A DNA stretch of 64,000 nucleotides from Nageia nagi (lineage: Eukaryota; Plantae; Pinophyta). The notes below the pieces were generated by a model, which did no database searches, had not been told where the DNA came from, and worked only from the letters and a program-made list of their open reading frames with translations. Both the position numbers and the translations under genes were made by a program. Positions 27,815 through 40,859 of the stretch are shown one piece after another (positions within the stretch are counted from its first letter, which is position 1; each line of letters begins with the position of its first letter). The stretch covers positions 127,410,001-127,474,000 of the forward strand of contig JBITNC010000001.1 in the NCBI GenBank assembly GCA_050084985.1. Reading direction: 5' to 3'.

Positions 27815-29000
27815 GTTTTTGATATGTAAGCCAAATATTTGGCCAACTTAGTGGATTTCCACTAAGTCCAATTGTAATATTTATTTAGCATTTTTAATTA
27901 GCTTTTAATTTCTCAATTAGGGTTAGGGTTTTGAAACTCATTTCTAGGGTTTCAAAAGTCACTTTTAGGATTTCCAAACTCTATAAGAGACCAAGGGTCT
28001 CATTTTTGTAAGGACTTCATTTTGAAGCAAAACACTTGAAACTTGAAGAGATAACTTTTGTAAGAGAGTAGCAAATTGATGTATCCTTGCACAACTTTTT
28101 TTTCAACTTAATACAAAGTGGTTAAAGCAAAGACTTGAGTTTGAAACTTTTCACATTGGTATTATTGATTGATTCTTTGAGGGCACTCATAGTGGGTTTG
28201 TGTACTTTCATTTTATTCTTTTGAAAGCTCACAAGCATTTGGGAAGTTATCTCTGAAAAACCTTAAAAAGTGCTTGAAGCCTACCTATGATTGTTGCTCG
28301 ATCCTTAACATGCAAGTTGATTGGGTATTCTATGTTAGCTTACTACTTCTATGACATCTTTCTAAGTCTATCCAAAACCATGATCCACCCACGTTGAAAC
28401 TTTCCATTTCCACCCATTTGACGTTTCTCCTTGCTCCTCTTTGAAGCAATTCGAACGTTAAGTTGTTTGCTTGCAAGGTTGGATGAATTGGATGAAGAGT
28501 CTTTAACTGATTCAAAAGAGATCAACTCTTAGACACTTTCCCGTCAGTGAACCTCAACCTCATACTTGACCACGTATCCCTTCTTTCTCCAAGGTGTCGA
28601 CCTTCACCTTTTACAGTATTACCTTTACACTTTCTTTATGCTTTCATACCAAATATGATCGTTAAATCCACACACAAAAGTTTTGAACAAACTCTATACA
28701 TCAAAGAATAAAACATCGTTGGTTAACAGACTACGTACCTCTAATTCCATTCCAAAGAGGGATACCGTACCTTTTTTTATTTATCTATCCCTATTCATAA
28801 AACACACCAGGCGAACAAACCTTACAATGTCAAGATGTTGGGGTCGCCAGGCAAGGTGTTTCGACAAGAGCTTTGGAGGTACACAATCCTTTTCAACCGG
28901 GGGAATTGGTGACGCATTCCCAACTAAGTTGCTTGGGATCTCCTAAGTTCTGCCCGCAATATTTAGAGTGTCCCACGTGGGAAAGAAAAGCATCCCAACA
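27815..29000 (+). repeat. Gypsy LTR (5' boundary uncertain)
   Basis: ~28060-29000 is repeated at ~34810-35746; TATA-like CTATAAGA at ~27981; ends ...CATCCCAACA and is followed by a PBS. Confidence 0.85.
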
Positions 29001-29006
29001 ATTGAT

Positions 29007-29020
29007 TGGCGCTAGGAGGG
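29007..29020 (+). promoter_or_regulatory. Degenerate primer binding site, probably tRNA-Asn
   Basis: TGGCGCTAG-GAGGG versus TGGCGCTAGAAGGAGGG, the complement of the plant tRNA-Asn 3' end as I recall it. Confidence 0.65.
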
Positions 29021-29259
29021 CCTGAACATTGTTCAAAAGATTGATGAAACTACAAGCATTATTTATGTTTCTGACCCTCAGCTCAAACCCCGATCCAACG
29101 TGTGTTTGGCGCTCCAAAGAGATTTGAATATTGTTCATCACGTTGAACTCTGGTTTCAGGTTTATGTATAGAACTTGGAACGTTTGTGTGCTAATTAGGG
29201 GTTGTATCCTTTTTATTTTTCTTTGATCCACCAAGCTGGGTCCCAAACACAAACCCAAG

Positions 29260-32200
29260 GTGTATACCAGATCAAAGGCCGCACAGGATAAGAAGAGGGA
29301 GTTAAGTAAATCTGATCAGACTCCAATTCAAAGTCCAAGTAGTCCAATCTTAGGATTCAATCTTTTCGAGTCTAATACTCCACCCTCGCAACGAACTTCA
29401 CCAAGGGACATTGCTACGCCATCGGTTATTGGCCTTGATATTATGCAACCGATTATACAATTCATCCCTCAGCCAGTGGTGTTACCAAGTACTCAAGTAT
29501 CTTAGGATTCGAGTAGTAACCCATCATCAAGTACTCAAGTATCTCAGTATCAGAGTAGTCCAGCAGCATCACAAGGTGCTCAAGCGTCTCAGTATTAGAG
29601 CAGTACAATGGTAGCTGCAAGACCAAATTGGTTGAAATGAAGTTCGGTAGCGATTACGGGTCAAACAAATGCACTTCCTAAAAACCCGGGATTGTATATG
29701 CCCAAGAAGAGCATGTACAACGATTCAAACATTTGTTGACTATATTGCAAGTGGAACATGAAGATGTTGCATGCTCACTGTTTCCAGCAACCTTCGACGA
29801 ACATGCTCATCGCTGGTTCGACAATCTGCCAGCAGGATCGATCACTTCGTGGGATCAACTAGAACAAGCATTTACCAATCAATTTCGGATACTCGTCCAG
29901 TCGATCCTTTTGTATTGGTAGTTTGCTTTCATTTCCAAAGGGCCTCAAGAATCTATAAGTTCGTTTAACGATCGCTTTTAGAGGACATATAACAAACTTT
30001 TAGATGAATATTTTGGAGCTTTGGACGCTATTACATTGGCCTTTGTTCGTAGAGAATCCATAGTCACCAACTTACAAACGGCTTATGCAGAAGCCCTCAA
30101 GGTTGAGTAGCAATTCAATCAACAAAATGGGTCAAATTTAAATGTTGGAACACAACAGGCATTCCAAAATTCCAACGCATACTCTTCAAATTTCAATTTG
30201 CAAAGTATGCCAAACTTCCCTATGTCTGCCAATTCCATCCATCCTAATTCTTTGCAACAACAGTACTACCCGAATTCGATGGCTACCAATTTCAATCCTG
30301 CCATGAATTTGGCCATGCCTCAGGCAAATTCATTTGTAAATAATCAACAACAAATGACCCCCTTTGTGAATAATTCTCTTATAAATGTAACACCTCCACA
30401 ACCCAATCCTACATTTTTATCCAACTTTACATTTTTACCGCCCGTTGTACCTAATCCACCATCACAACATGCTCCCGCTACACCTTCTTTTTTATCTCCA
30501 TCTACCCTAGTTGTAAACCCTATGGCTAATACTGCTAGTACTAGTGTACAGACTTCATAATTTTACGAGATGCAAAAGATGATGCAAAAATTGACCAATG
30601 ACTTGACCAAGATGCAAATCAAACAAGATGCACAAGATCAAAGGGTTGATCATGGTCAAGGTCAAGGAAATGAGAGAAACCCAAATTTTCAAGGAGATAG
30701 GCCCAAAAATTTCAACTTTCAAAGGCCTGATCATCCCTGGAACACTACTACAAATAATGGTGACGTTCCTAACCCAGTGGTCAACAACAATAATGTAAAT
30801 CAAGTGAACAATGTTGACCTATCTGGAGTAAGGCTAAACATGTGGTGTAGGATCCATTCTACAGTGTCCCATGGAGAATCGGATTGTCCTGAATTCCAAG
30901 CTGCCTTGAACATTTTTCAGCAGGAAATTCAAAACATGGAGATGACACCTAATGAAGAACCTAGTTCACCTCCAAATAATTCCAATCCTACATTAGTTTC
31001 AGAGATGATGAAAATTATGAGCAGTCCGCATCAGAAGAAGTATACGCAGAGGAGCAACTCTATGAAGAAGAAGTTTATGCTATGCCAGAACAACCATCCT
31101 AGGTTCTCCGAACATAAAACTTCCAAAGAAGGGATAACTCACCTCAGACGACATCCCTGCCTTCAAGCAATGAATGGCTCCCTTCGGATAATACTTCTTC
31201 ACATAATCCCCCTCCACCAATTCCAGCAGTTCAAACGACAATTCAACCAATGATACAGCTAGTTGTACATCTAGTCTTGCAACCACTTGCACGACTCGTA
31301 GAACAACCAAGGCCGCTGCAACAGTATGCTCGACAATCCAAGTCGATGATGCCTCCAGCAGAAGATGCTTAGAATTGAGTACTTGCACAACAAAAAGGAA
31401 AAGCAGAAGCTGAAGATAAAACAGAAACAACCTCGTCTCCTTATAGTATAGTTGATGACATGAAGAAGATAAAGGTGGGTTTGACATTGTTTGACGTCAT
31501 GCAAAGGGAAGATGAACAAGAGCTACTTTCTAAAGAGCCTCAAAAAGTGCAAATTGAAGTGGATACCTAAGCCTGCAGAAACTAATGCATTGTCAGTTCA
31601 GAAGGTTACCTCGATCCTACGAGGCAAAGCTAAACCAGATATACCTCCATTTTTAATAACCCTAAGGATAGCTGGCAAAAGCCTACATAATTGTACGGTA
31701 GATGGTAGTGCAACCGAGAATGTAATGCCATATGACACTTGCAAAAAGCTCAAATTATCTATCATGGAGAGCCCTAAGAAGGTTACCTAGTTAGATAAAT
31801 TAGAAGTCAAGGTCATTGGCATGGTGATAGATGAGCATATTCAAATTGCTCCGATCCTTGTATCATGCAGTATATCGATATCCAGATAGTGGACATTCTA
31901 GAGTATTACGAGTTGATACTTGCTAGAGATTGGTCTAGTACCTTAAATGGGTACATTGCCATGGACTACTCTCATATGTGGTTACCGTGGAGGGGAGTAG
32001 CAAATTAGATTAGGATTGAATGAGAGCCAAGATGAAGAGAAATTATAATAGATTACAATAATGTTAATGAAATCTTGGTTGCTTTAGAAGAGATGGGGGT
32101 CTATTCTTTAAATGTGTCAGAAATAGCAGACAAAATAGACCCAGAAGTAGATGATACTACCGCTTCCAAATCCAAAAACAAAACTCCATTTGCAGCATGT

Positions 32201-34810
32201 GCTTCCACAAGTTCAGCAAATGCAGAGACTTGGACCCTTAGGTTTGACGGTTTGAGATCTAGCCAAGGAAGCGGTGTAGGAGTTGAATTGCTAAGTTCGA
32301 AGAATAAGAAGTACAATGCATCCTATAGATTGCAGTTTCATGTTACTTGCAATATAGTCGAGTATGAAGCTCTCAGACACGGTCTAAAATTGGCTTTAAT
32401 CAAGAAGATCAAGCATTTGCAAGTAGTGGGGGATTTAGAATTAGTGGTGAAGCAAGTAAGAGGAATATACACTTGCAAAGACCTCAGGTTGCATTAGTAT
32501 AGAATCAGAATGTGGGATTTAATTGACAGCTTTGAATCTTTCAACATCCGAGCAGTTCCCAGGAAATAGAATCAAGTGATCGATGCTTTAGCCGTTGCTA
32601 CCAGTACTTTGCCACCATTTCAAAATACTAAACTTAGAAGGTTCACCATTGAAATGGTGCCAACACCTTCCATTCTAGATAATGTCACCAATTTCCAGGT
32701 GTTCAATGATGATCAACAGATATTGGCATTCATGGTTAGTAAAGGGGTGTTCGCTTCCCAAATCATAGGTGAAGATTAGGCAGAGTCAAACGAAGAAGAA
32801 TAAGAAGATTTCAATGATGGTGTAATCCAGCTAAAGACCAACAAAATGCCAAGAGGATTGTTTCTCTTGAGAGAATGTTTGATTTGGATATGATCCAGGA
32901 TGAAAGGGCAACCAATTGCATTGATGCTGGACTAGCAGATGGGATCAACATTGGTACCCCTACAGATGTAAAGAACATCTTGATTGGTAAATCGTGTATC
33001 GGTTAAGAACGGAAGAAGAACATTGGAGTGATCAAACAATACATTGATATCATAGCATAGAAGTATGAGCAGCTCAAAACTTATAATCCATAGATTATCA
33101 CTCATACTATCCCACTCAAAGCTGGAACTATACCATTTCGACAAAGGCAGAGGCAAGTGAATGCACTACTAGAGAGCCAATAATCTTTAAGGAGGTTAAG
33201 AAATTAGCAGAGTCAGGAATTGTCTATCCAGTGAGACATTCATCTTGGGTAGCTAACATGGTGCCCGTTCGTAAAAAGAGTGGAGAAATAAGAATTTGTA
33301 TTGACTTCAGGTATCTAAACTGTGCATCAGAGAAGGATAATTACCCTTTACCTTCCCTAGACGAAGTATTGCAAATAGTCAATGGATCAAAGATGATGTC
33401 TTTTCTAGATGGCTATTCAGGATACAATCAGATCCTGGTCCATAGGAAAGATCAGCTAAAGATTACAGGGAACCTTCACATATAGTTGGATGCCATTCGA
33501 CCTAATCAATGTTGGCGTGACTTACCAACAAGCAATGGACTTTGCATTCAAAGGGCTAGTAGGGAAGAAATTCATCATTTACATGGATGATTTGACAGTC
33601 TTCTCTAAGGAAAGGGAATCACACGTAGAAGACTTGAGGAATATTTTCCAAAGATGTCGAGAATTCGACGTATCCTTAAGCCCTAAGAAGTGTATCCTCG
33701 ACACTTAGAAAGGGAAACTCTTGGGTCACATTATTTTAGAACATGGCATTTCAGTAGATTCAGACAGAGTAGGTGCAATACAAAAGATCACCTATCCATC
33801 AAGTTTGAAGGAGGTAAGATTGTTCATGGGAAAGATCAACTTCGTCCGCAAGTTTATTTCAGGATTTGCGGAAATCGTAAAGCCCATTAACGATATGCTC
33901 AAGAATGATGCTAAGATAGTATGGGGCCCAGAAGCAAGAAAGGCTTTTCAAGACATCAAGGATGCGATTTCATCAGCACCCATCTTGACTAGCCCTAATT
34001 ATAAAAAACCCTTCTATTTCTATACTTTTGCTTCCAATCATTCACTTACTGGAGTCCTCACACAAAGAAATGAAGAGGATCAAGAACAGCCAATCGCTTT
34101 TATGAGTGCACCATTGAAGGATGCAAAATTAAGATATCCAATCCTAGCTTATGCACTAGTGAGAGCCACGAAGAAGTTACGACAATATATCCGCTGCAGT
34201 GAGATAATTGCCATAGTGTCGGATTCAACAGTTAAGAATCTTCTTGCTCAGTTTGAACTAGGAGATAAAAGAGGCAATTGGGTGTCTGCACTCCTAGAGT
34301 ATGATTTAAAGGTGCAGCCTATGAAGATCGTTAGAGGGCAAGGCGTAGCACAAGCCCTTGCCTCTCACAGAGAAGATATAGTTACAAACAACAAAGACGA
34401 CACTCAAGAGAACTATGCTATAGGCCATAACCATAATACGACACAAGTTCCAGAAGGGTCATGGTACACAAACATTGTGCAATACCTTACTTCAAGTTCA
34501 TAGCCACTAGGTATGGGTATTGCGCAAAGAAGAGCCTTGAGATATAGAGCAATCAAATATTTCATCAAAGCTAGTAATTTGTTTAGAAAGAACTACAATG
34601 GAGTATATTTGAGGTGTGTCGAAAAGGATCAAGCTGATGACATACTCAAACAATTCCATGATCAAGAGAATGGAATAGGACACATTGCTGGAAATGCGTT
34701 AGTCCACCATATACTCTGAGCCAGGTATTATTGGCCCATCATGTTTAAAGATGCCCATTAGTATGCCAAGACATGTCACACATGCCAAACCACAGCTTGA
34801 AGAGAGAACT
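29260..34810 (+). pseudogene. Gypsy gag-pol (gag, PR, extra RNase H, RT, RH, truncated integrase)
   Basis: AHRWFDNLPAGSITSW, WCRIHSTVSHGESDC, LHNCTVDGSATENVM, WTLRFDG...NIVEYEAL...GDLELVVKQV, CIDFRYLN, LDGYSGYNQI, YMDDL; ends in the integrase zinc finger. Confidence 0.92.
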
Positions 34811-35746
34811 TTTTTGAGAATTGAGAGCAAATTGTAAATCTTGGCACCTCTTTTTTCAAAGATAATACAAAGTGGTTAATGCAAAGACTTGAGTTTGATA
34901 CTTTTCATATTGATGTTATAGATTGATTCTTTGAGGGCACTCATAGTGGGTTTGTGTACTTTCGTTTTATTCCTTTGAAAGCTCTCGAGCTTTAGGAAAG
35001 TTATCTTTGAATTACTTTAAAAAGTACTCGAAGCCTACCTATGTTTGTTGTTTGATCCTTAACATGCAAGTTGATTGGGTATTCTATGTCAGCTTCTACT
35101 TCTATGACATCTTGTTAGGTCCTTCATCCAAAACCATGATCCTTTCACTTTGAAACTTCCCGTTTCCATCCATTTGATGTTCCTCCGTGCTACTCTTTGA
35201 AGCAATCTAAACGTGAAGTTGTTTGCTTGCAAGGTTGAATGAATTGGATGAAGAGTCCTTAACCGATTTGGAAGAGATAAACTCTTAGACATTTTCCCGT
35301 TAGTGAATCGCAAACCCATATCCGACCAAGTATCCTTTCTTTCTCCAAGGTGTTGTCCTTCACCTTTACTGTATTACCTTTATGCTTTCATACCCAAATA
35401 TGATCGTTAAGTCTACAAACAAAAGTTCCGAATAACTCTATACATCAAACATCGTTGGTTAACAAACTACATACCTCTCATTCCATTCGATTGAGGCTGA
35501 TTCCAAAGAGGGATACCGCACTTTCTTTTTATCTATCCCTAGACTAGAAACAAGCTCAATGGACACATCTTGAACGTTGTAACGTTAGGTCGTTGAGTAA
35601 ACTGTTTTCACAAGAGCCTTGGAGGTACCTAGTCCTTTTCAACCAGGGGAATTGGTAACGCATTCCTAACTATGTTGCTTGGGATTTCCTAAGTTCTGCG
35701 CGCTATATTCAAAGTGTCCCACGCGGGAAAGAAAAGCATCCCAACA
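34810..35746 (+). repeat. Gypsy LTR, 5'-truncated copy
   Basis: Diverged direct repeat of ~28060-29000, fused directly to the integrase N-terminus. Confidence 0.88.
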
Positions 35747-37134
35747 TATCCTCCTCAAGGACCTTTGTGGGTCTTTCAACAAATGAAGCTAGAGCTTCAA
35801 TGCAAGATTGCAAAACAAAGTCAACCATTGGACTCTTGTCCCTAAACAAAGCCAACAATCAATTGTGATTCTACTTGGAACCCCTTATTTCAAAGCATTT
35901 GAACCAAGCCATTTGCAATCATAACATTGGCCAGTTAGTTCCTGGAAACAACCTTACACTCCAATTTTGCAAAAACGATGGGTTTCTTACCATAGTCAAA
36001 ATTGTGAGGCCAGTCCTATTTGTTCGATGAATTTGCAACACTCCTATGTTGTGTTTGTCACTTGTGATGATATTCTTGGCAAAAACCCTAGAAAGGTTTG
36101 ACCAAACATTTCCAAAATGGCATCCATTTGCGGTGGCTGGGCCCAACCACACGATCAAAACCTCAATGGAGCCCTCTAATTCTTCATCAATCCAACCACC
36201 AAACCCTGTATCTCCATCTTGTGCATCATCCTTAGTCTCGCCATCACTCCTGTCTTTCTTCCCTCTCGCTCCCGCTTTCGCCATGGTCAACATGTCCTCT
36301 ATAGTTAGCCGCCTCTTCAACTCTTTGTTTTAATAGATTTGGAATAGATAACCAAACATTTATTTATTTTTAAAGTAATTGTCTATTTTCATAACTAAAA
36401 TCACCAAATTGATCGAAGTTACTTGACATTGGTAACTTTATATTTTATAACATTCACCTTGAATATAACATTTCAAGTGAACAAAGACATGCTTGAGAAA
36501 AGAAATATTGGCCAAAATGACAGTTTAAATTTGAGTCAAATTTATTAATATTGTACTATAACTAGAGCAGCCAATAGAGAGCATGCATGATACATGATAT
36601 ATTCCTTGAATCCCTTTGAAAAACAAGTCAAACTTGGAATGCCTTTCAGTTTACAAGTATTTTTCTGAATGGTGCCTCTGTATTGTTTTTGAAATTGACC
36701 TTCTGATAGTTGTCTATAATTATTACTTTTATAATGTACTATTCAAATGCCAAGGTGTTATTCAACATCAGATACTATGAGACATTTTTCATGATTCAAT
36801 AAACGATTGTTTGTTTATGTTTCCAATATTATTTAATAGTTGGTTTTCCATTGCTTATTGATTAGTCGATTTTTTACATAAATTGTGTTATTGAATATTT
36901 TTACAGCCATCTTCTTACTAAAGAAATAAAAATTCAGGTCTATAAATACAGTTTCAATTTTTAAAGTTGGGATCTTCATTGCAATTTGACTTTTACTGTT
37001 TTTATGTAAATCATTTTTTTCGTGTTTCATTAACCAATCTCTGATTCAGGAAATCGATTGCTTCAGATTCAGAAATTTGTGTCCAAAATCTGCAATTCTG
37101 AAGTTTTTTAATTAAAATTGTTGTGAATTTTCAG

Positions 37135-37170
37135 GGTCGAAAGGTTCCTATAGTTCATCGTGTTGTACAG
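37135..37170 (+). CDS. SEC11: SEC11 36-nt internal exon carrying the catalytic His motif
   Basis: ttttcag|GGTCGAAAGGTTCCTATAGTTCATCGTGTTGTACAG|gtattg; GRKVPIVHRVVQ matches SEC11 GRxIPIVHRVIK and is phase-compatible. Confidence 0.92.
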
Positions 37171-37416
37171 GTATTGACCACTGGAGACCTGTGTTTTTAA
37201 AGAGTACTCAGTATATAGACAAGTTCATTGATGAAGTTTGATACTTACCAATTACCATGTAATACACTAGGTCTGTTATGCTGTCTTTTCTCAGATGATG
37301 ATTTTTATTCCCCTAGATTTATTTGTTTGGAAACTCTTCAAGTTGAAGCCTGTAGCTAATAGTGGCTTAACTTTTAGCTTATTTTAATTTTGATTGCTTT
37401 GGTATGTTAGTTGAGT

Positions 37417-39840
37417 TCAAGGTTCTAAGGGAATGTGTTCTCTCCCATAGAGGGGGTGCTCCTAGCATTCCCCCATTTTGGAAATGTCTTAGGGAACGTT
37501 CCCCTCCTGTTCTTCTTTTGGGGAATGGCAGGGACCATTACTGGGAAATCATTCCCTCGAAGCTCCCAAAAAAAATCTCTTAAATTAAAAAAAAAGGTGA
37601 AAAATCGTATGGGGGTGGGACTCACCAATGTCTTCATCCCTTCAAACCCTAAAAATGACACATATATAAATGCAAACACAAAATATTTCATTTTATGCTC
37701 ACACAAAAGTATTTCATTTTATGCTCTATCCATTTCAGAAGACGAATCAACAATCCAGGGCTTGTTGCGACAGTTAGACCTTTCACAAGATCTCTCAAGA
37801 TTGAGGACATTACGAAGAGTAATAATTTACCAAGGCTCTAATATACGAACCAAGAATCTGTGATCTGGGTCTTATATGTGATATTGTAGAGCTTGTAAGG
37901 ATCTCAACAATTCATGGTTTGAAAAGAACATACTTCAATATGATGTAACTTTGCAACCATAAGTTCAGATGATTGAAAATATGATATGAACAAATTTTGA
38001 AATTTGTATCCTACTAAACAGGTTCCATTTGATTTATCCATAGTTAACAGACTTGGACTTGGCAAAAACTTGGATGAAAAGAAACTGAAGTAAAAGATAT
38101 TAGGACAATTTTTTTGACATCAGCCATCAAATTAATCATAAAACAACACATTAGGAAATAGAAGGTGCTCCAGTTTCACTCATAGTTTCCTTTTGTGGGT
38201 ACAAGTAGGGCTTCCAAAAGATATCCTTTTGCAAACTTATAAATTTGCAATCATTATTGCTTGGCCCTTCAATTCATCTATGGGCAACATCTAGTCTATG
38301 GTCATATGCAAGCCAGTTGGGACTTTGTCATCTACCAGTACCACAAAGTCTTCATCATAAACATATTTGGAGTTGAAGTAGTACTTTCCTGGATGTAAAT
38401 GCCTATTTAGTTAATTCAACCACATTTTGTAAATCTTGTTCTAAAAGGGATTGTACTTCCTTCCCATAGTTGTAGAATGAAGCAATAGCCTCTTTAAACA
38501 AGGGCTCAAAAAACTACAAGGGGAATCAAATAAGTGAATCGACAAATACAACTTGAAACTTTAATTTTTGAAATTGAAAGACAGAATCAAAATAGTTACC
38601 TAAATAATGTCATTTGATGCTTTCCAAAAGGCATCATCAAACACCTATTGGACCACATTTTCTCTCTAGGAGGAATGTGCATATTTGAAGGATGTTCACT
38701 CCTTCAATGAATCTCTTGACTCCTACAAACTTTGGTAGGATCCATGTGCAGTCATAGATCTATTTTTGGCCTACTTCGTCACCTCTTTCGCCGAATCAAG
38801 TTTGTCCTCGATCATGAGATTCAAACAATGGGTAGCACATGAATTTAGAGAATAGTAGGATACCTCTCCTCAATTATTTTCCTTACAACCACATACGAGC
38901 TGCATTGTCGATGTCTATTTGTACAACGTTTTTTGGCCCCACCTGTAAGATGACCTCCTCAATTGTGTCAATAAGGAATTGCATTCTTAATCTTTGATGA
39001 GGCATTAACTGATCTTTTAAATTACCAAACTCCTTGTGGAAGAAACATGGAAGTTGATAAGAGTTTGATTCCTCTCGTCAGTCCATCCATTGATCATTAT
39101 GTTCCAGCCCTTATTTTTCCAAATTTTCTTTTATCCATTAATGATCAGTTGAATGTTGTTGATAGCTTTCAAAAGCATGGGGCCTCACAACTCATGATAA
39201 GTGGTTGGCTTGAATTTAGGCCCTCAAATAACAATTGCATTGATCGTGTATTCCCAATGTAGTGACCTATCAATGTCGAATATCTTTGTTATCTAAGGCT
39301 TTGCCATGGCTTAAATAGTTCTATTCTTTGATTCCTTCTTTTGCAAGGTGGTCTCCAATTGGGCATTGGCTTACTGCATCAGCTCCTCCTCTACTATCTC
39401 ACGAGCCCTAACATTACAACAAACTACGTGTGCAAGGTGATATTCCATTCAGGTGATGCATCCATTTATGAGATTGTTGTTGTAATTGCAAATGCATTGC
39501 CTAGGTTTCTCATCTAGTTTGCAATGCTTCCAACAAGTGTCTCTCTTTGTTATGATCATCTTGCAAAATCTAAATAACAAAACCCTAATTGCAAGTAGTT
39601 GGCACTTGTAAAAAAAAATTATTTTCTTATTTTGGCAATTGATCATGTATTCCCAATATGGTGACCTAGCAACATTGAATGTCTATTAAATGAGGCTTTG
39701 CCTTTAATAATTCTCTTATGCGATTCCTTCTTTTGTAGAAAGGACTCCAATTGGGTATTGACTTGCCGTATCAAATCCTCTACTTTCTCACAAGGCCTAA
39801 CATCATGACAAACTACATGTGCTAGGTGGTTTTCCATTCA
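37417..39840 (-). mobile_element. hAT DNA transposon relic (DUF659-type transposase with BED-finger remnants)
   Basis: - strand IMINGWTDERN (~39080), VGPKNVVQIDIDNAA (~38920), ERYPT..SCATHCLNLMIED (~38830), HLAHVVCHDVRPC; GGGAA/TTCCC subterminal motifs at 37428-37560 may belong to a separate element. Confidence 0.75.
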
Positions 39841-40273
39841 ATACATGAAAAAATATGTGCATCAGAATATACAGATAATTTATCAATTCTTTTGGGATAC
39901 TGTGTGATTGATTTACCACTTTCTGAAAGCATATGTTTGCTTGTTGCTTGTTTAATCCGAGTTGACCCTGGAGTTAACAATTCATTAATATGCCTACTTA
40001 TCCTTTGCCAATTGATTGGATGCCATTTTTAAGACTAATCTGTTATTGCAGAATGGATGAAAACATAACTGAGAAATATCTGAAAATTTGCTTTAAAATG
40101 TCAAGATTTCCTGGTCAGTAAATACAAGTGTGATACCTTTTATTATTTTTTTGTTATCATTTTTTGTGATCGCCAATTTCACTTTTTTTGTTTGTGACAC
40201 TTGGTAACTTCAAATATTTAGAATTCTTTCTGTTAAAGGTTTTGATCTTTTCAGAAAGTTTCATTATCCTCCT

Positions 40274-40800
40274 TGTTGGTATGTTTTTCTTTCCTCACCC
40301 AAAACATGCACAAGATTTGGAGGAAACAATGTTACTTGTTTCCGCCTGAAAGGACTGGTTACCCCAAGCGCTCACATGGAATATGGTCTTGATGGCTCAG
40401 CAAATGGAGATGCATGTTGTTAACCATATACAAGGGAAATACATGCTGGAGATCCTTTTACCCCAAGCGCTCACATGGAATATGGTCTTCATGGCTCAAC
40501 AAACAGAGATGCATGTTGTTAACCGTATACAAGGGAAATACATGCTGGAGATCCTTTCCTTAATGAGGAAAGATTGCAAATGTGAACGAAAGCAAAGAAA
40601 GATCACAAATGCAAGGACAAACACAAGGATAAATGCAAGGGAATGCGAGGAAAGGAAAAGACCTATGAGGACATCACTAGGGATATAGTGTCTTGGCAGG
40701 TCATCTTCAAATTCATTAAGGTCGATACACAAACTATCAAGCTGGGCAACAAAAAGCAAATATGCTCAAATCACTACCAGACGAGAGCAGGAAGTTGTAG
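40274..40800 (-). repeat. Partial 3' LTR of the - strand gypsy element, including a 99-bp tandem duplication (40359-40556)
   Basis: Terminal CA and similarity to the last ~150 bp of the + strand gypsy LTRs; inner boundary approximate. Confidence 0.7.
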
Positions 40801-40859
40801 GGTCTTTATGGAAGACTCAATGGAAAGGGTGAAGATGGAGTGAAGACGTAAGTGCAATA

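Larger units (their letters stand above)
21530..35746 (+). mobile_element. Composite Ty3/gypsy Tat-type locus: 3' internal region + extra ORF - LTR - PBS - gag-pol - partial LTR
   Basis: Order of domains and two LTR copies; GTGTTGTGCCCGCACAACAC at ~21604 matches the post-pol motif at ~45752 (-). Confidence 0.85.
3741..37134 (+). other. SEC11: SEC11 intron (33,394 bp), TE-filled
   Basis: GT-AG boundaries; the flanking exons join as ...VFHVD|GRKVP..., colinear with SEC11. Confidence 0.9.

Noticed and set aside
35750-36330. Host gene or LINE ORF1 fragment (133-aa - strand ORF)
   Set aside because: Only vague resemblance to LINE ORF1; no diagnostic motif or splice structure
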